This document shows, piece by piece, positions 21,958 through 34,171 of a DNA stretch of 64,000 bases (positions within the stretch are counted from its first letter, which is position 1; each line of letters opens with the position of its first letter). Below the pieces are notes generated by a model. The model was not told where the DNA came from. It saw nothing but the letters and a program-made list of their open reading frames with translations, and did no database searches. The stretch is from Neophaeotheca triangularis (lineage: Eukaryota), in NCBI GenBank assembly GCA_054600435.1, contig BAAIJX010000042.1:62001-126000 (forward strand), read 5' to 3'. Position numbers and translations under genes: made by a program.

Positions 21958-23468
21958 ATGTCAGTCCTGCTAGAGACCTCAGCAGGCGACATCACAATCG
22001 ACCTCTTCACCAAAGATGCGCCGTTGTGCTGTGAAAAGTGAGCTTCTCTCAATGCGCCTCACCACATCCCTCTCAAGCTGATCAGACTGCTAAGACCCGG
22101 CCTCGCGCCAACAGCTTCCTGAAGCTCTGCAAGATCAAATACTACAACTACTCCCCCGTCTATAATGTCCAGCGTAATTACTCCTTTCAGACCGGCGACC
22201 CCATCGGCCCTGAGAGCAAAGACAGCGATGGCGGCTCCTCCATCTGGGGTCTGCCGGACGGCACCAGTAAAAAGCCCTCCAAACCCTCCTCGACGACCTT
22301 CAAGCCAGATTTTCCCAAAAAGCGTCACCATACGGAGCACGGCACCGTCAGCATGGCAACAAACCCCTCGCCCACCAACCCTGACGACCGCTTCGCCGCC
22401 AGCCAATTTCTCATAACACTCGCCCCCTCCCTCTCACAACTCGATCCCCACGCCTCCGTCTTCGGTGAAATAGTCGAGGGCTTCGACGCCTTGGAGAAAA
22501 TCAACACCGCGTTTGTCGACCGCGCGGGCAGGCCCCTTCAAGACATCCGCATCTTGCACACCGTCATCCTCGACGACCCCTACAACGACCTCCCCGACCT
22601 CCAAATCCCACCCGCCTCCCCCCTCCCCTCTGCTGCCCAGAAAGCCACAGTCCGCATCGCGCACGACGAAATCCTCGCCGACGAAAACGATCCCGGAAAA
22701 CTCGAGCAACTGCGCCGGGAACGCGAAGCCCGCGCGCAAGCTCTAACACTTGAACTCATAGGCGATTTGCCCTTCGCCGAAGTCACCCCTCCCGAACAAA
22801 TCCTCTTCGTCTGCAAACTCAATCCCGTAACCCGCGACGAGGACCTCGAGCTCATCTTCTCGCGCTTTGGCAAAATTCTCTCGTGCGAAGTCATCCGAGA
22901 CAAGAAAACGGGCGATAGTTTGCAGTACGCTTTCATTGAATTCGCGGATAAGACTGAATGCGAGAGGGCGTATTTTAAGATGCAGGGCGTGCTTATTGAC
23001 GATCATCGCATTCATGTTGATTTCAGTCAGAGCGTTAGCAAGTTGACGGGGGATTGGAGGAATAATACCAAATCCAAGACAGCGAGGCACAAGGGTGGCT
23101 TTGGTGGTATCGAGCATTTGGAGAAGAGACGGCAGTTCCGGGGTGAGGGCGAGAGGGAGCAGGAGGTGGGCAGGGGGTACGGATTCGTGCATGGCAATGA
23201 GGGGAAGAGGGGCGACAGAGACGAGGTTAAGGGAAAGAGGCAATCGCGCAGTCGGAGCCCACCCCGCAGGAGAGATGAGCGTGGAGGACGGGAAAGGGGG
23301 TTTAGAGAGCGCAGTCGGAGTCCTAGAAGGCGCGATCGGTACGAGCGCGAGAGGGATGGGGATAGGGACCGGGATGGTAGAAGAGACGATCGGCACAGAG
23401 GTGAACGTCGGAGATCGAGGAGTCGAGACCGGTATAGGGATGATAGAGGTCATCGCTCGAGGCGGTAG
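21958..23468 (+). CDS. PPIL4: Cyclophilin-RRM protein with RS/RD-rich tail (PPIL4/Rct1 family), ~477 aa
   Basis: Exons 21958-22037 and 22115-23468 give [16 protein letters not shown]...[35 protein letters not shown]...YAFIEF; RS-rich C-terminus. Confidence 0.93.
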
Positions 23469-23979
23469 AGTGCTATTCAGCGTTCTTACCGAGCTTTGAA
23501 GGGAGAATCGAGATGAGAATGGCACGACGAGCCTCAGTGCGTGCGGCAGATAAAGTTCTCCAGGGGCACCGAATGGAAGCATCTTCCGGCGCAGCAAATG
23601 CTTCTACGACGGCCGCACAACACTGTATTCCTATCTCGCGCCCGCGGAAAGTGCTCGAATCTAGACGGCTCCGTTTCCACCGAGCTCATATCTCGGCAGA
23701 CGCTATGTTTATCGACGTACCGTTGAAGACTGGAAAGAGTCGAGTTCCCTGATTAAGGCTGCGAATGTTGCAGTTCGTCGACTCAGTTCACTTCGCTGGT
23801 ACTAGCGCGGGTTAGAGTTTGGGAGAGGTCCGAATCGTCGAGAATTGCACGCCAGTCGACTAGTATGCTTAGAGACTGGCCAGTTGGCCGGGGCCAATAG
23901 ATTCTGGGAATGCGCTTATTGCTGAAGCTAAATGTAATATCGCACCGCTGAAAGTTCTTTTAGTGCTGATGCGCCTCTC

Positions 23980-25035
23980 TCAAAGATGATATGCTTTCTT
24001 CGCCGTTCCCCTGCACACCATCTCCTTCTCTTCTTCACTCAGTGACAACTCCTTGTCACCGAGCAAAGCGACGACAACCTCCTTCCACGCACTCCACGAG
24101 CTCTCTCCAACAGGTCCTCCAACATTGCACACCGGCCAATCGCTCCCAAACATGACTCTTCCAGGACCAAAGCACTCAAAGACATGTTTCACCCATGGCA
24201 TCAAAGCCCCAGCAATACCCTGCGTATTCTTCTTCTGCTCGGTCGCGAGTTCAGAAAAAGCACCAGACAGCTTCATAAAAGTGCCAGGCCTCTCCGCCAT
24301 CCTAGCAACCGCCTTCGACCACCGCCGAAACTCCTCACCCTCACTAGACCCAAAATCCGGTTTACAAAAATGATTCAAAACAACCTCCACCCCCTTCTCA
24401 CGCCCCTGACTCACCCTCTCAAGCGACTCAGCCATCAACTCCAACTGCCAACTCCCCCCAGAATTCTGATCAACACCTACATCAAACACAAATCCCTCGC
24501 CCGCCAGCACCCGCAAATTCTCCATAAAAGCCTCACTCCCCACCAACCGCTCAAAAGCCGCTCGATCGGTAATAGCCTGCAGCAGGAACCTAAACCCCTT
24601 GACCCGCTTCCACGTTTCCTCTCCGGCAATACCTGCAGCAACTCTCAACCACTCCCGTAACACCCCCGGCGCGAGCTGCATAGGCGCCCATAGCACTATG
24701 CCCTTCAACAACTCTGGGGCTTCGGGGCCATGGACCCCTTCCACCAACTCTCGCCCGAAGCTGACCTCGGCTAGGGGTCCCGTCGCCCAAGAAGTGAAGT
24801 CGTTTTCCTTACCCGGCGCGGGCGTGCTGTAAGCGCGGTCGGTTTCCACGTAGACGACGCCTTCGAGGGACACGTCTGGGTGCGGGTTTTGTGAGGCGGA
24901 GAGGTAGTTGCTGAGGAGATGCTGTTTCGCTAGCGGCATGCCGGGGGTCATCCAGCTATGGCCCGTGGGACTTGTGTTCGCTGCGGAAGTTGGCCAGAGG
25001 TGGATGTGGGAGTCGAGGAGGGTTAGGCGTGCCAT
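23980..25035 (-). CDS. LRA2: L-rhamnono-gamma-lactonase-like amidohydrolase_2 protein (351 aa)
   Basis: DSHIHLW metal motif at the N-terminus, GVVYVETDR, VKGFRFLLQ, NHFCKP, MKLSG and RVMFGSDWPVC; genomic context includes LRA1. Confidence 0.82.
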   Translation of the reverse strand: MARLTLLDSHIHLWPTSAANTSPTGHSWMTPGMPLAKQHLLSNYLSASQNPHPDVSLEGVVYVETDRAYSTPAPGKENDFTSWATGPLAEVSFGRELVEGVHGPEAPELLKGIVLWAPMQLAPGVLREWLRVAAGIAGEETWKRVKGFRFLLQAITDRAAFERLVGSEAFMENLRVLAGEGFVFDVGVDQNSGGSWQLELMAESLERVSQGREKGVEVVLNHFCKPDFGSSEGEEFRRWSKAVARMAERPGTFMKLSGAFSELATEQKKNTQGIAGALMPWVKHVFECFGPGRVMFGSDWPVCNVGGPVGESSWSAWKEVVVALLGDKELSLSEEEKEMVCRGTAKKAYHL

Positions 25036-25738
25036 TTTGGCTGGGGTGGGTGCTGTGGTGATCGACGGCGGACTTGTTGAGATGATTTGTTTGAGTTGTG
25101 TGCTTTGGACCGGATGTTCTGGTCTCCCGAAGGAGTAGTCGGATTTGGAGGGCTCCTCGACGTTCAATGACTATGAAATCCTAACCTCAATCGAAGGTTC
25201 TGTTGACGGACGTCTTGTCTTCGGGTTCCAATCTCTAGCTTGTGGTAATAGACGTTCGCCAGATCTCAACGGAAGGATCAACTGCAATCAGGACAATCTC
25301 TAGCACCACCAATCGCTAACTGTGCCGTTTCGCCATCCAGGTGGTCACAACTGCTTCATCAGTAGCAGTGACGATGAAATGTTCGGTACAGAGACCACCG
25401 AGCCTTCGTCTCATCATTGTAGCGTCAAAGCTAATCCCACGCAAACCTCGTCCACCGACTCCCACTCAAACCCTTAAGCCTGACCCCACTGCCAACCCCA
25501 CCATACCGCGAGGTCGGCCTTCGGGGTGTCTCGACGAAGGTAGAGTAATATTTTCGGGTTGTTTGATTATTCCCCCATGCCTTCTGTTCGATTCACCAAG
25601 TATTCTCAGCATTCCCTCTCTCTTGCCGTTTCATACCAATCCTTTACAACTTGCCTTCAGACTATACACTTGGTCAACAAGAAAGAGCAGACATTCCCAT
25701 TTCAAAAGCCGATGTCATTGCCCGACCGAACCACAAAC

Positions 25739-26820
25739 ATGTCCAGCTCCAAGGCCTCACCACCACCTCAAGGCATCTACGTGCCAGTCCCGACGTTCTT
25801 CGTCGAGGAAGGTAGCTCATCGTACAATGCCACCTCGCCACCTCTGGACCTCGAAACCCAGTCCAAGCACTCCATCTTCCTCGTCAAGGGCGGCATCAAG
25901 GGTCTGGTGATCTTGGGCAGCACGGGCGAAGCTATCCATGTTACCAACAAGGAACGTACTGAGCTCCTCAAGAGCCAGAGGAAGACGCTTGATGATGCTG
26001 GGTACAAGGACCGTCCTATCATCGCGGGTACGGCGACGCAGAACATCGACGAGACCCTCGAGATGATCAAGCGGGACAAGGAGGCTGGTGCCGAGTACTC
26101 CATGGTCCTGGCACCTGGCTACTTCGCGAGCGCCGCTCAACAGACTGGCATCACAAAGTGGTTCCAAGCAGTGGCTGACAAGGCCGTCCTGCCCGTCATG
26201 ATGTATGTAGATCCCACACCTAAACCCTCAAAAGAAAAACCACCTAGACTAACCGTCCAACCCTCAGCTACCACTACCCGGGCGTGACTAACAACCTCTT
26301 CATCTCCCCCGCAACCTTTGAAAAGCTCGCCGCCCATCCCAACATTGTCGGCTGCAAGCTCTCCCACGGCATCATCGACGACCAAACCCTCATCGCCGCT
26401 TCCCCACGCATCGACCACGACCACTTCTACGTCTTCACCGGCCTAGGGCAAAACCTCCTCCCAGTCCTAGCCATCGGCGGCGTCGCCGCAATCGACGGCC
26501 TCGCAGCCATCTTCCCCCGCCTTGTTGTCCGCCTCTTCAACATCTTCAACGACAGCATCGCAAAGGGCACCTCCAAGCAAGATTTGCAGACGATGCGGGA
26601 TCTGCAATTCAGGATTTGCGAGGGCGAGAAGCTCGTTGCCAGGTGGGGGGCTATTGGTATCAAGGAGGCTTGTGCGCGTGTGTGGAGCTTTGGGGGTAGG
26701 GGCGGTGCGCGTTTGCCGCTCGCGGGGGGTTTTGAGGAGGGTGATGGCGAGTGGAAGAAGTGGGAGAAGGTTTACGCTGGTCTCAAGGAGTTGGAGCAGA
26801 AGTTTGAGGCTGAGGGTTAG
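25739..26820 (+). CDS. DHDPS/NAL-family aldolase; candidate L-2-keto-3-deoxyrhamnonate aldolase (LRA4-like), ~338 aa
   Basis: Exons 25739-26202 (alternative ATG at 25712) and 26268-26820. GIYVPVPTFF, LGSTGE, IYHYP and the Schiff-base lysine in IVGCKLSHG. Substrate inferred only from neighbouring genes. Confidence 0.8.
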
Positions 26821-27438
26821 GGTGTTGATAGAAATTGTGCGTTTGGACGATCGTATTCATTTTCTGTTAGTTTTTCAGTCCCAGCCCCCACCCATCGGTA
26901 CGGATTGAGCATGCAAGTGTTGTGTCGAGCACGTCGCCTAATATGGACGTGCCGCTTTTGGATGCAAGAGACCGGCCTCTATTGGTTTGCAAACCAAGTC
27001 AAACGAATGTCGCTCCCACAAGACTGCGGATGCAAGAGTGATATCTCGCAATTGCCTGTATTGCTGCTCTGTTCGCTTTATCGAGAACATCACTTGCACT
27101 ATGTCTTACAGACGTCCTTAGCGCTGGGTTTGCGGTATTCCGGCTATCTTATATCTCTGATGGGAAAATTGACGGAAGACGCAAAACAGACATTGAGTCC
27201 AAGGCAAACGACGAGTGGCACGCAGAGACTACTCGTTTGAGGAGGGTTAAGATCAGGGATGATATCAGAGCAGGGCAAGGGGGAAGGCTTCATTATAGTA
27301 CATGGATGAGTTCCCGGGTGCTCACTGCGGTATTGATAACCTTGGAAGCTTGGTTTACCGGATTGATTGATGATAAGGAGCGGGCAACCAGTCTCTAAGG
27401 TATACCGAAACCTGCAGAGTGATGAAGCCAGTCGCCTT

Positions 27439-29556
27439 TTAATCGAACCCTCCAAACTCACCATCCTCGGCACCATCATCACTGGCAACCTCTGCCTTCT
27501 GCCGCTGCCGACTGCCCTGAATAGCTCCCTTACGCTTGTTCTCCTGCTGCCGAACGAAGCCAGCCTTACTGCTGATCCTCGCCTTCTTGGCAGCCTTGGG
27601 ATCATCCTTCATGCCCTTCGCAGTCCTTGACTTAACGCCTCCCTGTTTTAGCTGCTGCTTATCGTTCTTGCTAACACTAGGCAGGGCGTCGAGAAGCCAT
27701 TGCTGCAAACCGCCACTTTTGCCGTCGTTTCCATTCTGCTTCTGCGCTGCTGCTATCACGTTCGCAATTGGTTTTAAGTATGCGATGTCCTCTTTGCTGT
27801 ACAGCGTTACCGCGACGCCGCCTTCGCGCCCTGCCCGCCCTGTCCGGCCCACTCGGTGCACGTAAGCTGCGCTGGAGGTGGGGATGTCGTAGTTGACGAC
27901 GCCATTGACGCCGCGGAAGTCCACGCCTCGGCTGAGCAAGTCCGTCGTGATCAGCACCCAGACCTCGCCTTTGCGTACTCGTGTCATGACGCTGTCGCGG
28001 GCGTTGTCGGTGAGGTCGGAGTGCAGAACTGCGATGCGGGAGATGCCGCCGGCTTCGGCGGGGATGTCGTAGAGGAGTTCGGCGTGCAGCGCTACTGCGC
28101 GTTCAATGGTTTGGGTGAAGACGAGGAAAGGGGGCCGGAGCGCTGGGCCGCTGTCTTCGGTGGGCGCCGAGGGGTGCAGGAGCTGCCGGAGACCCATGAG
28201 TTTGCCTTGCTCGGTTGCGGCGTAGGTGAGTTTGTGGGAGATATTGGGGACTGCGGAGTCTTTAAGGCCAACTACGAGGCGAACGAGCGGGGCTTGAGGG
28301 ATCGGCTCGCTGTCTGGCTTTGTGGAGAGTTGGGTGAGACGGTCGCTGAGAGCGGATCGCGCTAGCTCCTCGATGTTACTGCCCATGGTGGCTGACCATA
28401 GACTTACGCGCAGGTCGGTGTGCGGAAGGCCGTTCCATATGTCGAGAGTCTGGTGTCGGAAAAGGGGATCCAAGAGCACATCTGCTTCATCGAGGACCAA
28501 ATCTTGCACCGCCGCTAGCACCTCTCCTTTGTGGCCTTCCCCTTCAGCCTCCAGTATAGACTGTAATGTGCCCGGAGTAGAGACCAATATGTCACTTTTG
28601 GTCACAGTGCCGCTCTCGTTCGCTTCATCCTTATCCTCCGATTCCCGTAGCCTCATGCCCTTCTTGACTTGCGACACCCGCAACCCCGTTCCTTGCGCCA
28701 ATTTCCTTCCCTCGTTCGTGATCTGACCCGCAAGCTCTTTCGTAGGCGCAAGTACCACAGCAGAAGACGCACGGTTCTCGCTCTTCTTCTCACGCCTTCT
28801 CTGTGCTATTTGATGCAAAAGCGGTATCATGAAAGCCAAAGTCTTGCCACTTCCCGTCGGCGCCACGGTCAAAAGATCGACGCCACCAGGCGTACTTTTC
28901 TGCGGATCTTCTACATCTTCGGCTGAGGTTGGTACTCCGTCGAGAAGTACAGGCAGGGCACCCAGCTGAACTTCTGTTGGTGTCTCGTAGCCTTGCTCTA
29001 ATACATTCTTCACCAGCTGTGGTGGGACACCGTACCTACTATTCAAATGGCGAAAGGACAGTAATGGTTCCGGGAAAAGTTCATGACGGTCCTTTTTCGA
29101 TGCTTGCGCGGTTCCATGCTTCGACCCTTGCTTCTTGCGAGCAAGGTCTGGGTTTAGCCATGTGACCTTGAGCTTATGCTCTCGTAGAATGCGCTTCCTC
29201 TCAATGTCGTTCAGTCTTTCCGGTGCAACCGCATATTGTTCGGTGGGAACGCCCTTCTCGTCGTGCTCTTGTTTCTCACTCGATTTTGATGCTTTCTTTG
29301 CGATCTTTGCGCCTGATGCGCTGCTCTTGCTTTGCGCTCCACCACCAAAAAAGTCCGGAACAGTCTCTACATCCTCTGCTGTTGAATGGTTCGCTTCGCC
29401 TCTTTTCCGCTTTTTCGAACCGTCTTTCGAGTCGTTTTCTGTAGATGCGAAAAGCTGAGGCTTTGGAGCCTGGCCACTCGAAGGCAGCTGTTGCGATCCG
29501 TTGCTTTGATTTTTGGAGCGCTTGGTCGACCGTGACAGCAACTTGAGAGGATCCAT
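27439..29556 (-). CDS. ROK1: DEAD-box rRNA-processing helicase Rok1/DDX52 (705 aa)
   Basis: MDPLKLLSRST start, GYETPTEVQ, APTGSGKT, DEAD, SAT, HKLTYAATEQGKL, LRPPFLVFTQTIERA and HRVGRTGRAG. Confidence 0.92.
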   Translation of the reverse strand: MDPLKLLSRSTKRSKNQSNGSQQLPSSGQAPKPQLFASTENDSKDGSKKRKRGEANHSTAEDVETVPDFFGGGAQSKSSASGAKIAKKASKSSEKQEHDEKGVPTEQYAVAPERLNDIERKRILREHKLKVTWLNPDLARKKQGSKHGTAQASKKDRHELFPEPLLSFRHLNSRYGVPPQLVKNVLEQGYETPTEVQLGALPVLLDGVPTSAEDVEDPQKSTPGGVDLLTVAPTGSGKTLAFMIPLLHQIAQRRREKKSENRASSAVVLAPTKELAGQITNEGRKLAQGTGLRVSQVKKGMRLRESEDKDEANESGTVTKSDILVSTPGTLQSILEAEGEGHKGEVLAAVQDLVLDEADVLLDPLFRHQTLDIWNGLPHTDLRVSLWSATMGSNIEELARSALSDRLTQLSTKPDSEPIPQAPLVRLVVGLKDSAVPNISHKLTYAATEQGKLMGLRQLLHPSAPTEDSGPALRPPFLVFTQTIERAVALHAELLYDIPAEAGGISRIAVLHSDLTDNARDSVMTRVRKGEVWVLITTDLLSRGVDFRGVNGVVNYDIPTSSAAYVHRVGRTGRAGREGGVAVTLYSKEDIAYLKPIANVIAAAQKQNGNDGKSGGLQQWLLDALPSVSKNDKQQLKQGGVKSRTAKGMKDDPKAAKKARISSKAGFVRQQENKRKGAIQGSRQRQKAEVASDDGAEDGEFGGFD

Positions 29557-29790
29557 TGCTATTTTGTTCGCGTTCGTATGTCCGAATAGGTTAATCTTTA
29601 ACTTCGCCGCAACATTTGTACGGCAAAAGGCAGAAAGTCCAGGGCGGCCCGTGCGGTGTAGAAGTCCTGGTCGGGAGAAGACTGCGGCTCTTCCCGAATC
29701 CAGCTCCGAGATCAAAAATCCAGGGACAAGTGCAACATCACTCGTTACAACCCATTGAGCCTCTATCCTCCCTACATCACCTGTCCCGCA

Positions 29791-30561
29791 ATGTCTGCCG
29801 CAATCGCCCCTAGGCTGGCTCTCCGCCAATCCAGATGGATCATTCAGCGACGCGCCGCATCCACCACCTCCGAAGCCACCAGTGCTGCATCCAAGGGAGC
29901 TGAGAAGGCCAAGGAGAGCGCGTCTCAAACCGCCGGCAAGGCCCAGGAAGGTCTCAGCAAAGTTACGAGCAGTGCTGGCTCAAGTTTGAGCAAGGCCGGC
30001 TCTGCTGCCGCCAACACTTTGGGCAGCATCGGAGGCCGCACGGGCAGAGTTATCAGCTTCGCGCAAGGTACACTTGATACTGGGCACAAACGTGAGAGGA
30101 GTGTGCAAGAAGCTAACGGCTGAAGGTCTCGTTCCCCCGACAATTTACTATGCGCGCGTAGCTGGCGAGCTCGGCCGCATTGTCTTCCAAGGCCAAAAGA
30201 TGTCCCCACCGTACGGCCACCCAGTACCGAAACATCAAATACACCGGCTAACATCTTCAGTACCATGCAAACGGTCCAGTCGTACCTCACGCCTCTCCAA
30301 AACGCCCTGAAGAACCCATCTACCCTTCTCAACCAGTCCGTCAGGCAAGCCGGTAGCGCAGCCGAAAAGGGCGCGGAAACCGCCGTTCAGAACCCCGAGG
30401 GCATGCTCGCCCGCCTGCGCAACCTTGACACTGCTACTCTTGCTACTGTCGGCGTTGTGACTGCAGAGGTCGTTGGCTTCTTCTCGGTTGGGGAGATGCT
30501 TGGGAGGTTCAAGATCGTTGGCTACAGGACTGATCAGAGCACGCACGCTCACAGCGTGTAA
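29791..30561 (+). CDS. ATP20: Mitochondrial ATP synthase subunit g (~220 aa)
   Basis: Exons 29791-30067, 30126-30210, 30261-30561. Arg-rich presequence, PPTIYYARVAGEL...QKMSPP and C-terminal EVVGFFSVGEMLGRFKIVGY. Confidence 0.92.
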
Positions 30562-33500
30562 GTGATGGGACGAAGGAGGGAATGGAGTGGAGTGGGAAGC
30601 GGGGACAAGCTTGTGGTTGAACGGGCATGGAGTTGAGTACACTACTATATTGCCGCGAGTTGAAGCTTCAAGGCTAGAAGAAGACGGTGCGTCAAGGAGT
30701 CTCTCTTGGCGCGTGTACTATTGTGCATATTCCAGTGATCCGCGACAGTTTGACCATACCTAATGCAGAAACGTGCTTCCCGAGGTCTTCGCGACTTCAC
30801 CTTCAGTCCAATGCGTTCGCACAGCAGGTGCGTTGAGGGCAGTTGCACGTGTCCCGGTCGGGAGAAGCCGCACTCTTTTTCAACGTCACCTCTTCTTCTC
30901 CGCCACCGCCATAACATCTTCAGTATCATTGTCAATCGCTAATCTTCACATGCCTAGGCCGCAGAGCAGCACCAAGGCTGCTGTGGCCCAACGGAACTCC
31001 ATGCGGCTGCAATTTAAAAGCGAGACAAGTCCCTCATGGAGCTATGTGTACCGACTACTCAGGTACTCCCAACCATCAGCCAAATGCATTTATCCAAGGA
31101 GAGAGCAGGATGCAGAGCTCGTGATTGCCAAGTCTGGAGCGTGCTGGTAGCCCCCAGCATGCGTCGCTCATGTTGGCCAAGTCTACATTCACACAGCAGT
31201 TCCAAACGTCCGGAAGCGCGATGGAACGCGTGGGATCTGTACACCCGCCAGTGGCGATGGCATTTGACCATCGCGGCAACGGACCGAACCTCCTCCAAAT
31301 GGGCGAGCGCTTCCCATGAAATGTTGGCCAAGACATGATATGCCGGACGCCTCTTGCAGGCCCCTCAAGGAAAGTGGCTTGTACCTATGTATCGCTCTCA
31401 TGCAAACGGCCTCTGGGCTTACTATGCGTAGGGGAGACAGCGACGCAATTTCTCCAATAGGCATTGGCCCGAACGAGAAGCTCCAAATTCTGGGCCATTC
31501 AAGCGAGAATCTCCTCAATGGTACCTCCAATCGGTGCCGTTGTTACTTGTTGAGCGATTAGGCAGTCGTCTGAGAGTAACGGAAACGCCAGAGCATACTC
31601 ATGCGAGACTGTCGACCATTGGCCACAAATATGGCGGACTGAGGTCCGAATGCGCGACCCATTAAGTCGATTGTACCTGACGTTGTGTAACGACCGCGCA
31701 ACGGTGCGCTTGATGCAAGGCGTCGGTTCCCATGCGGACTAAGAGAGTGGCCATAGACATGGGTAAAACCTATTAGGTAGATTTCTCAGGCTCCCGCCTA
31801 GATGTTGGGGGAGACTGTCTTTCTTTCTTTCTGGCCTGACCGTCTGGATGATGAATGAGTAATCCGCCGGGAGCAAGAGCAATGGGAAGGAGTGGAGGGC
31901 GCCTTGGGACAGTCGTTCCGATGGCCCGTTGCAGCCGCGGTCTTTCTTCCCCTGCCGCAATGGTGGTTGGAGCCTCAGAGCAACATGTCTCAGGCTGACG
32001 ACTACGGCCAAAGGTCATACATGCCAGGCATTACGTCTACTTCCGTTCCGACTATCCTTAGGAGCAGTTCGTGCTATCACTGGTCCTTGGAAAGATCGTC
32101 ACAGTCGCAGTCAACCACGGAACATCGTGACTTGCCTCCAAGACACAATCTCTCTCTATTGCGCTGCAAATAAGCGACCCGTCCCTCCATCATGCTGCCA
32201 TGCATCGGTACGGGGGAATGCTTTCCACCCGGTCGATCAAGTAGACAGCTGCTTTGAAGCAGTAGGCTAGTGTCATCCAACCAACCCCAGATTACTCTCG
32301 AGCTATAGCTATGTGCAGGAGCGACTGCCAGGTATGCGCATTGTCGCTTCGACTGACAATCAGCGAAGCCTTGATCTCAAAGCGGACCCTGGCCGAAGGT
32401 TTCTCGTGGATGGCAGCGAGCGTATCAATAGGATAGTCAACGCTTCGGTCCTACGTTCTGCTCCCTCGGCGTGTTAGGGAGCGACATGCACATTCGGAAC
32501 GTCGTTGGTAAAACGACACGACGGCTGTATCGCTCGATCTGTGCTCGCCGACTCCGAGAGCACTCAGCCAAGGTAGAGTAGTAGAGCATGTACAAAGACA
32601 CTACCATATGCAACATGCAAGCCACTGCATCGCTTACTCCACCAAGGGTCTGGCTTGCCTGATATGGGTTATGGTCGGAATGCTCGCTGGAAGCGAACAG
32701 TTGTTTTTCACATGAGCAGTCACGATCATTTGCCGAGAAGCCGCGTGCCGCAGCGGAGTGGAGGGCACACGCTGGAAGCCGTAAAGTCCCGTGCTTTGCG
32801 CGTCCAGCGGGCAAACAACAATAATAATGATGATGAGGGCAGCGCTATGCGATATGCGTGATGGCTCAACGTTCTGTGTGTGTAATAATGGCTCGGTCGG
32901 ACTCGAAAGCTCATATGCTACTACTAGGCGTAGTAGATCTCACATGGCTGCTGATGACATTTGGCGGTACGTACTGTATCTCCGTACCCCCTCCAAAGGG
33001 CAAGCACGCAGCACGAGGGGTGAGCTGCAAAGTTGAAGCTTTCGCTCTTCAAAGCGTTCGCGACCCTAGGCGACGCTAGCAAGAGGCGTCATTTAAGCGT
33101 CTTTGACTCTGGATAGGACCCAGGCCTGTCTTTACCCCAGCTTGCGGCGAGCGGCGCATCGACGATAGTCAGGTTTAGCGTCCGGACGGGCTCGCAACTT
33201 GCAAGACATGTCTCACATAAACCATTCGTTATTACGAGCTCCCAACAATCAAGAGATTAGCACGCTCCAACTAGAGAAGGTGGTTTTGCGGAGGCAACGA
33301 GGCTTGACGCCACACCAGCCGATGCGTGCTCGGCGTCAGTGCGCGGCCAGTCTCACGAATCGTTCGCCTTGCCGCCGTTGTCGATGGCCAGTGGAGTGGA
33401 ATCATACCTAATTATCGAAAGGCCCCACCAAAGCTACCTAGCCTGGGTATGTACACTGTAGGGGGGAGAGGAGAATACCTAGGTACCTAGTAATAACAAC

Positions 33501-34171
33501 AATAATGATGCGTTCACGTCGACGGGCAGGACTCAGAAGAAGTCGCAGCCTCGCAGGACCCTGAGCATCGCTGCCAGGTGCGCACGAGCATTACAAGGCA
33601 GCGAGCGATTCGAGTCTCGCGCCGTGCCTTTCTCATGCTCCAAAGGGTGAAAGCGAAAGCAGCAAATTGCAAGCCGCGCCGCAGCGCACGGGACACTCAT
33701 CATCCCACTGCATATCCTTTTTAGCTCGCCGAGAAGGTGTTCACTGTTCAGTAGTTGAACTAGCACGACCCCACCACCGCTATCGTACATGTAGTCAACG
33801 ACCACAAGCGGGCGCCAGCCATAGCTTTCTGCAGAACGCCAGACCAGCTCCAATTTGAGAGTAGTACTGCTGTAACTAGGTCAAGGTAGAGAGTGGACCG
33901 GCCTTGCAACCCGCATCCATTCCACTTGCCAGTGATCTCATAATAAAGGTACAGTATGGAGCTCTGCACGCAAAAAGTGTGCTAACCAGTCTGGCAAGCA
34001 CGAGCGGACCCTAAGCGCTCGCATGACAACCGCGCACTCAATGGTTTAGACTTATATTCCCCATGGCGTTCCTCTGATCCCTTCCCTTTGCACCCTCCTG
34101 CTCACTGTCCAGTGCATCTTCTATGTACTCCTCGGGCTCGCCCTCCCCTTCCCTCGTTTGCACCTCTCAGC

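Noticed and set aside
22115..22200. Loss of the canonical cyclophilin catalytic Arg (VYNVQRNY)
   Set aside because: This substitution is a normal feature of the PPIL4/Rct1 subfamily, not a lesion.
29557..29928. N-terminal extension of the ROK1 ORF overlapping ATP20
   Set aside because: Starts at a non-ATG codon and is antisense to ATP20; the family-like start is MDPLKLL at 29556.
32826..32956. C/D-box snoRNA candidate (ATGATGA...CTGA)
   Set aside because: The C box is part of an (AAT/GAT)n tract; no terminal stem or rRNA-complementary guide identified.
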